From Burkholderiaceae bacterium (GTDB taxonomy: Bacteria; Pseudomonadota; Gammaproteobacteria; Burkholderiales; Burkholderiaceae_C), in assembly GCA_036568605.1 (NCBI GenBank), contig DATCSE010000038.1:1-51549 (forward strand): 51,549 nt of DNA. The letters run 5' to 3'. Both the position numbers and the translations under genes were made by a program. Every line of letters starts with the position of its first letter. Positions within the stretch are counted from its first letter, which is position 1. The notes under the pieces were generated by a model. That model was not told the DNA's origin and ran no database searches. It saw only the letters and a list, made by a program, of their open reading frames with translations. This document shows positions 7,746 to 15,851 of the stretch, piece after piece.

Positions 7746-8159
7746 ATGTTCAACGCCTCTGCCAGTTTCGTCGGACGCCGCCAGGCCGGCGCCTACCAGC
7801 AGGTGCACGTGGCCACCGGGGTCGACGGCGCCACGCCGCACAAGCTGGTCAGCATGCTGTTCGACGGCGCGCTGGCCGCGATCGCCGAAGCGCGCGGCGC
7901 GATGCGCAGCCGCAACATCCAGGCCAAGGGCCAGGCGATCGGCCGCGCCGTCCGCATCGTCGACGAAGGCCTGAGCGCGCCGCTGAACCTGGCCGAGGGC
8001 GGCAAGCTCGCCGCCGACCTGCGCGACCTCTACAGCTACGTCACGCTGCGGCTGACGCAGGCCAACCTGCACAACGACGAGGCCGGCCTCGACGAATGCG
8101 CACGCCTGATCGAGACGCTGCGCAGCGCCTGGTCGAACATGACGCCCGAGCAGCCCTGA
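7746..8159 (+). CDS. fliS: Flagellin-specific chaperone FliS
   Basis: 137 aa. AYQQV...TPHKLVSMLFDGAL...A..A......I..KGQAIGRAVRIVDEGL...L......LA..L..LY.Y....L..AN matches the FliS four-helix pattern. It sits directly after fliD. Confidence 0.9.
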   Translation: MFNASASFVGRRQAGAYQQVHVATGVDGATPHKLVSMLFDGALAAIAEARGAMRSRNIQAKGQAIGRAVRIVDEGLSAPLNLAEGGKLAADLRDLYSYVTLRLTQANLHNDEAGLDECARLIETLRSAWSNMTPEQP

Positions 8160-8209
8160 CCATGCGCCGCCCCCACAGCCCCATCCCCGTCCCCGATTCG
8201 AGAGACGCC

Positions 8210-8509
8210 ATGAACACCGCCCTGCTGCACTACTACGAAGCCATCGAGAAGGCGAGCCAGGACATGCTGGAAGCCGCGCGCGCCGGCAACTGGGACCACG
8301 TGCTCAAGCTCGAAGGCGCGTGCGCGCTGCTGATCTCGCAGCTCAAGAGCAGCGCCGCGAAACAGCCGCTGGCCGAGGATGAGATCCAGTTCAAGTCGCG
8401 CATCATGCAGCGCATCCTGATCAACGACGCCGAGATCCGCCAGCTCGCCGAGCCCTGGCTCGAGGACCTGGACCAATTGCTGGCCGGCCGGCCCAAGACC
8501 GTGCACTGA
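8210..8509 (+). CDS. fliT: Flagellar export chaperone FliT (probable)
   Basis: 99-aa helical protein (MNTALLHYYEAIEKASQDMLEAARAGNWDHVLKLEGACALLISQLK...) at the canonical position after fliS. Start ATG 8210 chosen inside ORF 8096-8509. Confidence 0.7.
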   Translation: MNTALLHYYEAIEKASQDMLEAARAGNWDHVLKLEGACALLISQLKSSAAKQPLAEDEIQFKSRIMQRILINDAEIRQLAEPWLEDLDQLLAGRPKTVH

Positions 8510-8555
8510 GCCCGCGACACGAGCCCGCGCCCCGCAAACGCCGCCGCCCGCCGCC

Positions 8556-9308
8556 ATGGAAACCAGGCCGATGCCGCTGGACCAGATCCACGCGGGCGCG
8601 TTCGCCGAGTTCCGCGTCGATTCGCCGCGCGAGGTCGCATCGCTGCTGCGCCAGCTGGCCGACGGCAACATCGCGCTGAACCTGAACGCGAGCGACGGCC
8701 ACGTGGTCAGCGCGACGCTGTGGACGGTCGACGCCGACCGCGGCAGCATCGGCCTCGCGGTGGACCCCACCGACCCCGCGCTGGCGCCGCTGCTCGAGAC
8801 CGAGGAGGCCGTCGCGGTCGGTTATCTGGACAGCGTGAAGCTGCAGTTCGACGTGCAGGACCCGGTGCTGGTGCGCGGCACGAACGCGAGCGTGCTCAGC
8901 TGCCGCTACCCGCGCGAGGTGTACCGCTTTCAGCGCCGCAATGCGTTTCGCGTGCGCCCGCTGCTGCGCAACTCGCCGGTCGCGCGGCTGCGCCACACGC
9001 AGATCGCCGAGATGCAGCTCGCCTTGCGCGTGCTGGACATCAGCATCGGCGGCTGCGCGCTGTTCCTGCCGGAGGACTTCCCGCCGATGCAGCCGGGCGT
9101 CGAGCTGAACCAGGTGCAGATCGAACTGGACGCCGACACCCAATTCCGCGTCGACCTGCGGCTGCAGCATGTGACCTCGCTGGGCCCCGACGCGAAGGGC
9201 GTGCGGCTGGGCTGCGAGTTCATGCGCCCCGACCCGGGGACGCTGCGGGCGCTGCAGCGCTACATCGACCAGACCCAGAAACGCGGCAAGCTGCTCTCGC
9301 TGAGCTGA
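8556..9308 (+). CDS. ycgR: Flagellar brake protein YcgR (YcgR-N + PilZ domain, c-di-GMP receptor)
   Basis: PilZ motifs RFQRRNAFR (RxxxR) and DISIGGCAL (DxSxxG) are present. The size of 250 aa and the N-terminal YcgR-type domain also fit. Confidence 0.85.
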   Translation: METRPMPLDQIHAGAFAEFRVDSPREVASLLRQLADGNIALNLNASDGHVVSATLWTVDADRGSIGLAVDPTDPALAPLLETEEAVAVGYLDSVKLQFDVQDPVLVRGTNASVLSCRYPREVYRFQRRNAFRVRPLLRNSPVARLRHTQIAEMQLALRVLDISIGGCALFLPEDFPPMQPGVELNQVQIELDADTQFRVDLRLQHVTSLGPDAKGVRLGCEFMRPDPGTLRALQRYIDQTQKRGKLLSLS

Positions 9309-9368
9309 TCCCTTCCGCCCGGCAGCGCAGTGCGGCACGAAAGTGCGGCACGCGTCACGCTTGGCGGC

Positions 9369-9395
9369 TCAAGTTCCGCCGTCGACTGCCGATAG
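9369..9395 (+). promoter_or_regulatory. FliA (sigma-28)-type promoter upstream of the 96-aa ORF
   Basis: TCAA(9369-9372)-N15-GCCGATAG(9388-9395), in the context GCTCAAGTTCC, which is nearly identical to the fliC copy-1 promoter context. Confidence 0.6.
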
Positions 9396-9437
9396 GAGGC
9401 CCACAGGCCCTGTTTTCGGGTCTGGGAGGGAGCTCAG

Positions 9438-9728
9438 ATGAGCACGAGCGGCATAAGCGGCGTCAGCGCCGTCACATCGCTCAAGACGGATCGGGCCGAT
9501 GTGGCCGAAGCACGCAGCAGCGGCTCGACCACGAGCGACGCGGCGGCGCAGCAGCGCAAGCTCGACAGCACGCCGCAGGTGAAGCTCGACGAGGTCACGC
9601 AGCAGCCCGTGCCGCCGCGCTTTCCATGGCTGAGCCGGCTCGCGGCGCAGCTCGAAGCCGCATCGAAGCAGCGCTCGACCTTCCCGGCCGCGCCAGTGCT
9701 GGGCGACAACCTCGACAAGACCGCTTAG
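9438..9728 (+). CDS. Hypothetical 96-aa protein, predicted disordered, Ser/Thr/Ala/Gln-rich; candidate class III flagellar gene
   Basis: Strong SD GGGAGGGAG ends 6 nt before ATG 9438. A sigma-28-type promoter lies 43 nt upstream. G/C-rich third positions fit the local coding bias. I recognise no family. Confidence 0.6.
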   Translation: MSTSGISGVSAVTSLKTDRADVAEARSSGSTTSDAAAQQRKLDSTPQVKLDEVTQQPVPPRFPWLSRLAAQLEAASKQRSTFPAAPVLGDNLDKTA

Positions 9729-9740
9729 CCGCAGCGCCGG

Positions 9741-10064
9741 CTACACCTGCATCTGCATGATCTCGGAGTACGCCTGCACCAGCTTGTTGCGTACCGCCAG
9801 CGTCGCCTGAAAGCCGATCTGCGCCTTCTGCATCGCGACCATCGTCTGCTCGAGGCTGACGGTCGGGTTGTCGAGCTGGACTTCGCGCTGCAGGCTGGCC
9901 GCGTCCGACTGTGACTTGCTCACGGAGCCCAGCGCGTTGGTGAGCGCCTGCTGGAATCCCGCGCCCTGCACCGCCTTGCTCTTGTCCAGCGGCTGGCCGT
10001 TCGTCGCCAGGCCGGCACGGGCTACGGCCTGGGCGAAGTCGAAGGGCTTGAGGGTCAGGTTCAT
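9741..10064 (-). CDS. fliE: Flagellar hook-basal body complex protein FliE
   Basis: MNLTLKPFDF...FQQALTNALGSVSKSQSDAASLQREVQLDNPTVSLEQTMVAMQKAQIGFQATLAVRNKLVQAYSEIMQMQV is the canonical FliE C-terminus. Start ATG taken at cat 10062-10064 inside a longer ORF. Confidence 0.92.
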   Translation of the reverse strand: MNLTLKPFDFAQAVARAGLATNGQPLDKSKAVQGAGFQQALTNALGSVSKSQSDAASLQREVQLDNPTVSLEQTMVAMQKAQIGFQATLAVRNKLVQAYSEIMQMQV

Positions 10065-10247
10065 GGCGTCATCGTATGGAGACGCCGCGGCGATGGTGGG
10101 CCGAACTGACGCCTCTTTGACCACCTGTTCGCTGCATCTGCTTACGGCGTGTTTCCCGATACTCGTTTCCGAATCGGGGGTGAGCCGTGCCTGCCGATTC
10201 GCGATCCGATCGCCCATCGAACACGAATCACAACCGCCTCGTCAGCC

Positions 10248-11924
10248 ATGGACAACGCCATCGCCGCCAACCCAGCCGCCCTGCCGCTCGTGGAGCCGGG
10301 GACCTTCGGCGGCCGCCTCGCCGCGATGCCGCTGCGCAGCAAGCTGAGCCTGGGGCTGGGCATCGCCGCGCTGGCCGCGACCGTGCTCGCGATGACGCTG
10401 TGGAGCAGCCAGGGCGACTACAAGGTGCTGTACGCGAACCTGTCCGACAAGGACGGCGGCGCCGTCATTGCCCAGCTCTCGCAGCTGAACGTGCCGTACA
10501 AGCATGCCGAAGGCGGCACGGCGATCCTCGTGCCGGCGGCACAAGTTCACGACCTGCGGCTGAAGCTCGCGACCGCCGGGCTGCCCAAGGGCTCGGTAAC
10601 CGGCTACGAGCTGATGGACAACGCGCGCTTCGGCCAGACCCAGTTCCAGGAGCGGCTGACCTTCCAGCGCGGACTCGAAGGCGAGCTGACCCGCACGATC
10701 ACGTCGCTGGCCGCGGTGCAGAACGCCCGCGTGCACCTGGCGCTGCCGAACCAGAACGGCTTCTTCCGCGAACAGCAGAAACCCAGCGCCTCGGTGATGC
10801 TGACGATCCACCCGGGCCGCGTGCTGGACCGCGCGCAGGTCGCCGGCATCGTGCACCTGGTCTCGTCGAGCGTCCCCGAGCTGGACCCGAAGGCGGTCAG
10901 CGTCGTCGACCAGAGCGGCGCGCTGCTGACCAGCGCCGCCGACGGCGCCACGCCGAACGCCGGACTGGATGCGCAACAGCTGCAGTACGTGAACCAGATC
11001 GAGAGCCATCTCTCGAAGCGCATCGCCGATCTGCTCGAGCCCATCGTCGGGCGCGACAACCTGCGCGCGACCGTCGCCGCCGACGTCGACTTCTCGCAGA
11101 GCGAAGCGACCTCCGAGGAGTTCAGGCCCAACCAGGGTGCCGACGCGAGCATCTCGATCCGCAGCCAGCAGGTCAGCGAGAACGGCGGCAACAGCGCAGC
11201 CCAACCCAGCGGCGTGCCGGGCGCGGCGTCGAACCAGCCGCCGGTCGCGGCGACGGCGCCGCTGACCGGCGCCTCGCAGCCGCTGCAGACCGCGCAGGGC
11301 GGCGTCACCGGCAGCGGCGGCCGCCGCGAAGCGACGACCAACTACGAGATCGACAAGACCGTGCGCGTCACGCGCAACGCGAGCGGCACCGTGAAGCGGC
11401 TGAACGCCGCGGTCGTCGTCAACAACCGCGCGGTCACCGACGCGCGGGGCAAGACCACCTACGTGCCGCTGACCAGCGAGGAGCTCGACAAGCTGACCGC
11501 GCTGGTGCGCGAGAGCATAGGCTTCAAGCAGGAGCGCGGCGACTCGGTCAAGGTGATCAACGCGCCGTTCAAGGTCGATCCGGCCGCCACCAAGGTCGAC
11601 GTCCCGCTGTGGAAGCAGCCCGAGGTGATCGACATGCTGCGCGCCGCCGCGGTGCCCGCCGCGCTCGCGTTCGTCGCGCTGCTGGTGGTGTTCGGGCTGA
11701 TCCGCCCGGCGATGAAGGCGACGCTGAAGCCCAAGCCGGCGCCGGCCCCCGGCGCGACGCTGCAGGCCGTGGTCGACGACCCGCAGGATCTGCCGGCACT
11801 GCCGATGCCCAAGAGCGTCGAGCACCTGAACAGCGCGAAGGCGCTGGCGCGCGACAACCCGGCGGCAGTCGCCGGCATCGTGCGCGGCTGGGTCAGCGGC
11901 GAAGCCGTTGCGGCGAAGAGCTGA
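10248..11924 (+). CDS. fliF: Flagellar M-ring protein FliF
   Basis: ...DYKVLYANLSDKDGGAVIAQLSQLNVPYKH...GTAILVPAAQVHDLRLKLATAGLPKG...FQERLTFQRGLEGELTRTI are typical FliF motifs. Start ATG 10248 (MDNAIAANP) lies inside ORF 10149-11924. Confidence 0.95.
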   Translation: MDNAIAANPAALPLVEPGTFGGRLAAMPLRSKLSLGLGIAALAATVLAMTLWSSQGDYKVLYANLSDKDGGAVIAQLSQLNVPYKHAEGGTAILVPAAQVHDLRLKLATAGLPKGSVTGYELMDNARFGQTQFQERLTFQRGLEGELTRTITSLAAVQNARVHLALPNQNGFFREQQKPSASVMLTIHPGRVLDRAQVAGIVHLVSSSVPELDPKAVSVVDQSGALLTSAADGATPNAGLDAQQLQYVNQIESHLSKRIADLLEPIVGRDNLRATVAADVDFSQSEATSEEFRPNQGADASISIRSQQVSENGGNSAAQPSGVPGAASNQPPVAATAPLTGASQPLQTAQGGVTGSGGRREATTNYEIDKTVRVTRNASGTVKRLNAAVVVNNRAVTDARGKTTYVPLTSEELDKLTALVRESIGFKQERGDSVKVINAPFKVDPAATKVDVPLWKQPEVIDMLRAAAVPAALAFVALLVVFGLIRPAMKATLKPKPAPAPGATLQAVVDDPQDLPALPMPKSVEHLNSAKALARDNPAAVAGIVRGWVSGEAVAAKS

Positions 11925-11978
11925 CGCCGCCGCACCGCGCACCGACGAATACGAACGACGAATCGAACGAGGCCGCCC

Positions 11979-12974
11979 GTGGACGACCAAGGTTTGGAAA
12001 ACGCCGCGATCCTGCTGATGTCGCTGGGCGAGGAGGACGCCGCGAACGTGTTCAAGCACCTGACGCCGAAGGAGGTGCAGGGCCTGGGCGAGACGATCGC
12101 GAAGCTGAAGACGATTCCGCGCGACCGGGTCGACAACGTGCTCGAGATGTTCCACACGGTCTCGCAGGAGCAGAGCGTGCTGGTCGGCGACACCGACGAG
12201 TACGTCAAGAGCGTGCTGCGCAAGGCACTGGGCGACGACAAGGCGAACCTCCTGATCGACCGCATCCTGCAGGGCGGCGACACCTCGGGCATCGAGAGCC
12301 TGAAGTGGATGGACCCGGTCTCGGTCGGCGAGCTGCTGCGCAACGAACATCCGCAGATCGTCGCGGCGATCCTGGTGCACCTGGACTTCGACCAGGCCGC
12401 CTCGGTGCTGAAGACCTTCGGCGAGCGCCAGCGCAACGAGGTGCTGGTGCGCATCGCGACGCTGGACGGCATCCAGCCCTCGGCGCTGAAGGACCTGAAC
12501 GAGGTGATGGGCAAGGTGCTGGCCGGCGGCGAGAAGATGCGCAAGACCTCGCTCGGCGGCGTGAAGCCGGCCGCCGAGATCATCAACATGATGGGCTCCA
12601 GCGTCGAGACCGCGGTGCTGGACTACATCCGCGAGACCGACAACGACCTGGCGCAGCGCATCATGGACAACATGTTCACGTTCGACGACCTCGAGACGGT
12701 CGACGACAAGGGCATCCAGGCGCTGCTGAAGGAGATCCAGTCGGAGTCGCTGATCATCGCGCTGAAGGGTGCGAAGCCCGAGATGCGCGAGAAGATCTTC
12801 AGGAACATGTCCACGCGCGCCGCCGAGGCGCTGCGCGAGGACCTGGATTCGCGCGGCCCGGTGCGCGTCTCCGAAGTCGAAGCCGAGCAGAAGGAACTGC
12901 TGAAGGTGGTCCGCCGCCTGGCCGACGAGGGCCAGATCGTGCTGAGCGGCGGAGGCGACGATGACTTCGTCTAA
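11979..12974 (+). CDS. fliG: Flagellar motor switch protein FliG
   Basis: 331 aa, with GLENAAILLMSLGEEDAANVFKHL...EHPQIVAAILVHL...MFTFDDL...IQALLKEI. Confidence 0.97.
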   Translation: MDDQGLENAAILLMSLGEEDAANVFKHLTPKEVQGLGETIAKLKTIPRDRVDNVLEMFHTVSQEQSVLVGDTDEYVKSVLRKALGDDKANLLIDRILQGGDTSGIESLKWMDPVSVGELLRNEHPQIVAAILVHLDFDQAASVLKTFGERQRNEVLVRIATLDGIQPSALKDLNEVMGKVLAGGEKMRKTSLGGVKPAAEIINMMGSSVETAVLDYIRETDNDLAQRIMDNMFTFDDLETVDDKGIQALLKEIQSESLIIALKGAKPEMREKIFRNMSTRAAEALREDLDSRGPVRVSEVEAEQKELLKVVRRLADEGQIVLSGGGDDDFV

Positions 12975-13770
12975 TCCGTCCCTGAAGACCAAGAACATCC
13001 CCTCGCCGAACGACGCCAAGGCCAATGCCTACGCCCGCTTCATTCCGCGCGAGGAGCTGAGCTCGTTCGCCGCGTGGAGCCCCGGCGACATCGGCGATGC
13101 CGGCGCGACGCCGCACCCGCTGCGCCGCGCGACCGACGAGGCTGCGAAGCGCAATGCCGCCGCGGGCGCGGCCGATGTCGCCGAGCAGATCGCGGCGCAG
13201 ATGCGCGCGGCGCGCCAGTCCGGCTACCAGGACGGCTACCGCGACGGCCTGGCCGCGCTCGAGGGCTTCAAGCAGAGCTACACGAGCCAGACCACCGCAC
13301 AGGTCGGCGCGCTGCTCGCGTCGTTCGGCGACGAGCTTGCCGGGCTGCAGCAGGAGATGGCGCGCACGCTGGCGATCGCCGCGACGCAGCTCGCGCACCG
13401 CATCGTGCGCAGCGAGATCGGCACGCGGCCCGAGCTGATCGCGCATGTCGCGCAGGAGGCGCTGGACACGCTGATGCTCAGCGCGAAGCACATCACGCTG
13501 CGCGTGCACCCGGACGACCACGCGCTGGTCCTGCAAGGCGCGGCCGAGACGCTGCAGACGCGCGGCGCGCGGCTGCTCGCCGACGCGTCGATGGCGCGCG
13601 GCGGCTGCCTGGTCGAATCCGACATCGGCATCATCGACGCGACCATCGAGACGCGCTGGCGCCGTGCGGCCGCCGCGCTGGGCATCGACGAGCCGTGGGA
13701 TGCGGGGCATGCCGTGCCGGTGGCCGACACGTCAGCAACGGCATCCGACGGATCGGACGACATCGCATGA
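12961..13770 (+). CDS. fliH: Flagellar assembly protein FliH
   Basis: 269 aa, overlapping fliG by 14 nt. ...[19 protein letters not shown]... and ...[20 protein letters not shown] are typical of FliH. Confidence 0.88.
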   Translation: MTSSNPSLKTKNIPSPNDAKANAYARFIPREELSSFAAWSPGDIGDAGATPHPLRRATDEAAKRNAAAGAADVAEQIAAQMRAARQSGYQDGYRDGLAALEGFKQSYTSQTTAQVGALLASFGDELAGLQQEMARTLAIAATQLAHRIVRSEIGTRPELIAHVAQEALDTLMLSAKHITLRVHPDDHALVLQGAAETLQTRGARLLADASMARGGCLVESDIGIIDATIETRWRRAAAALGIDEPWDAGHAVPVADTSATASDGSDDIA

Positions 13771-13777
13771 GCAACTT

Positions 13778-13873
13778 CCCCTCACCCCTGGCCCTCTCCC
13801 GCAAGCGGGAGAGGGAGAGGACCACATCGGCTTGCTCCCTCTCCCGCTTGCGGGAGAGGGTTGGGGTGAGGGG
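13778..13873. repeat. Compound REP-like palindromic element (family A), fills the fliH-fliI gap
   Basis: Outer arms CCCCTCACCCC(13778-13788)/GGGGTGAGGGG(13863-13873) enclose two 24-nt hairpins: CCCTCTCCCGCAAGCGGGAGAGGG (13792-13815) and CCCTCTCCCGCTTGCGGGAGAGGG (13837-13860). Confidence 0.9.
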
Positions 13874-13879
13874 AGTCCA

Positions 13880-15310
13880 GTGAACACCACGGCACCGCAA
13901 CATCCGCGCACGACCGAGCCCATGCAGGCGCAGTGGCAGCGCTATCTCGGCGACATGCGCAGCTTCAGCGCCGACAAGATCGCGCTCGAGACCCAGGGGC
14001 TGCTGGTGCGCGTGACCGGCCTGGTGCTCGAGGCAGCCGGCATCCGCGTGCCGGTCGGCTCGGTCTGCGAAGTGCGGATGGAAGGCCAGGCGCCGGTGAT
14101 CGCCGAAGTCGTCGGCTTCGCCGGCGACCGCGCGTACCTGATGCCCACCGGCGACATCCATGGCCTGGCGAGCGGCGCGCGCGTCGTGCCGCGGCCGTCG
14201 CCCATCGTGCCGCTGAAGCTGGGCGCCGCACACCACCCGTGGCGGCGCAACGAGGACCGCACGCTGCACCTGCCGGTCGGCGACGGGCTGCTCGGCCGCG
14301 TCGTCGATTCGCACGGCCACCCGATGGACCGGCGCGGTCCCATCGAGCAGGTTCACACCGAGCCGCTGACGCGCCGCCCGATCAACGCGATGGACCGCGA
14401 CCCGGTGCGTACGCCGCTGGACACCGGCGTGCGCGCGATCAACGCGATGCTGACCGTGGGCCGCGGCCAGCGCATCGGCTTGTTCGCCGGCACCGGCGTC
14501 GGCAAGTCGGTGCTGCTGGGCATGATGGCGCGCTACACCGCCGCCGACGTGATCGTCGTCGGGCTGATCGGCGAGCGCGGCCGCGAAGTCAAGGAGTTCA
14601 TCGAGGACATCCTCGGCGAAGAGGGCATGCGGCGCTCGGTCGTCGTCGCCGCGCCGGCCGACTCGCCGCCGCTGGTGCGCATGCAGGGCGCGAGTTACGC
14701 GACCGTGATCGCCGAGCACTTCCGCGACCGCGGCCTGAACGTGCTGCTGCTGATGGATTCGCTGACCCGCTATGCGATGGCGCAGCGCGAGATCGCGCTG
14801 GCGATCGGCGAGCCGCCGGCGACCAAGGGCTATCCGCCGAGCTGCTTCGCGAAGCTGCCGCAGCTCGTCGAGCGCAGCGGCAACGGCGTGGCCGGCGGCG
14901 GCTCGATCACCGCGTTCTACACGGTGCTGTCCGAAGGCGACGACCAGAACGACCCGATCGCCGACGCGGCACGCGGCATCCTGGACGGCCACATCGTGCT
15001 GTCGCGCGAGCTCGCCGAGGCCGGCCACTACCCGGCGATCGACATCGAACGCTCGATCTCGCGCGTGATGACCAGCGTGGCCGAGCCGGCGCACATCGAA
15101 GCGGCGCGGCGCTTCCGCCAGCTGCATGCGCGCCACAACAAGGCGCGCGACCTGATCCAGCTCGGCGCCTACCTGCCGGGCCAGGACGCCGAGCTCGACA
15201 CCGCGGTGCGGCTGCATGGCGGCATGACCGCGCTGCTGCAGCAGAACATGCACGAGCCGGCGACGCTGGCCGCGAGCGTCGCCGCGCTGCGCGGCGTGAC
15301 AAACGCTTGA
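13880..15310 (+). CDS. fliI: Flagellum-specific ATP synthase FliI
   Basis: Walker [40 protein letters not shown]. Start is either GTG 13880 (GAGG/GGAG supplied by the repeat arm) or ATG 13922 (MQAQWQRYL). The ORF upstream of 13880 reads through the repeat and is not credible. Confidence 0.95.
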   Translation: MNTTAPQHPRTTEPMQAQWQRYLGDMRSFSADKIALETQGLLVRVTGLVLEAAGIRVPVGSVCEVRMEGQAPVIAEVVGFAGDRAYLMPTGDIHGLASGARVVPRPSPIVPLKLGAAHHPWRRNEDRTLHLPVGDGLLGRVVDSHGHPMDRRGPIEQVHTEPLTRRPINAMDRDPVRTPLDTGVRAINAMLTVGRGQRIGLFAGTGVGKSVLLGMMARYTAADVIVVGLIGERGREVKEFIEDILGEEGMRRSVVVAAPADSPPLVRMQGASYATVIAEHFRDRGLNVLLLMDSLTRYAMAQREIALAIGEPPATKGYPPSCFAKLPQLVERSGNGVAGGGSITAFYTVLSEGDDQNDPIADAARGILDGHIVLSRELAEAGHYPAIDIERSISRVMTSVAEPAHIEAARRFRQLHARHNKARDLIQLGAYLPGQDAELDTAVRLHGGMTALLQQNMHEPATLAASVAALRGVTNA

Positions 15311-15341
15311 ACCACCCCAAGACCCGACACGAAAGCACGCG

Positions 15342-15812
15342 ATGAACGCAATGCAACCGCTCGCCGCCCTGCTCGCGCAAAGCGAGCGCGAGCGCGACCT
15401 CGCGCTGGCCGAACAGCAGCGCGCGCAGGCCAGCTGCGATGCCGCGCAGGCGCAGGCGCAGCAGCTGCTCGACTACCGACGCGAGTACCAGCAGCGCTGG
15501 AACGCGCAGTTCAGCCGTGCCGGCCAGATCGAGCTGGTGCGCTGCTACCAGAGCTTCGTCGAACGCCTGACGGAGGCGGTCGATCAGCAAGGGCACATCG
15601 CCGAGCGCGCGAAGCAGCAGCTCGCGAACGCGGTCGTCGCGGTGCGTGCCGCGGAGACGCGCTGCGCGTCGGTGCGCAAGCTGATCGAGCGGCGCACCGC
15701 CGAGCTGCGCCAGGCCGCCGGCCGCCGGGAGCAGCAGCAGACCGACGAGGCGGCGGCGCGTGCCGCATGGGGCCGGCTCGGTCCGAACGGCCGGCCGCCG
15801 GCGGCCGGTTGA
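15342..15812 (+). CDS. fliJ: Flagellar export protein FliJ
   Basis: 156-aa coiled-coil protein (...LLDYRREYQQRW...) at the canonical position after fliI. Confidence 0.8.
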   Translation: MNAMQPLAALLAQSERERDLALAEQQRAQASCDAAQAQAQQLLDYRREYQQRWNAQFSRAGQIELVRCYQSFVERLTEAVDQQGHIAERAKQQLANAVVAVRAAETRCASVRKLIERRTAELRQAAGRREQQQTDEAAARAAWGRLGPNGRPPAAG

Positions 15813-15851
15813 CGCGCGGCGACAAGAACAGAACACACACAGACCAGCACC

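Noticed and set aside
10065-10247. The divergent fliE|fliF control region, searched for FlhD4C2 boxes, sigma-70 boxes and repeats (TTGACC-N17-GCTTAC; CCCGAT...ATCGGG; TTTCCGA repeats).
   Set aside because: The motifs are short and degenerate and I cannot distinguish them from chance. A promoter must exist here, but I cannot place it from sequence alone.
10242-13025. 927-aa ORF on the minus strand, antisense to fliF-fliG. Similar giant antisense or off-frame ORFs include 35556-39875 (1439 aa), 34622-37942 (1106 aa), 13631-15253, 20664-22193, 27854-30052 and 44691-46907 upstream of codon 263.
   Set aside because: These are Arg/Ala/Gly/Pro-rich, low-complexity translations with no recognisable domains. 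They lie opposite or out of frame to genes with unmistakable homology. Very GC-rich DNA lacks stop codons in non-coding frames, so such ORFs are expected artefacts.
13731-13883. Short ORFs reading through the family-A repeats (for example [38 protein letters not shown], and [24 protein letters not shown] at 20968-21053).
   Set aside because: Their peptide sequence is dictated by the palindromic DNA repeat. The same motif appears in both orientations and frames, which is typical of mis-called REP-derived ORFs.
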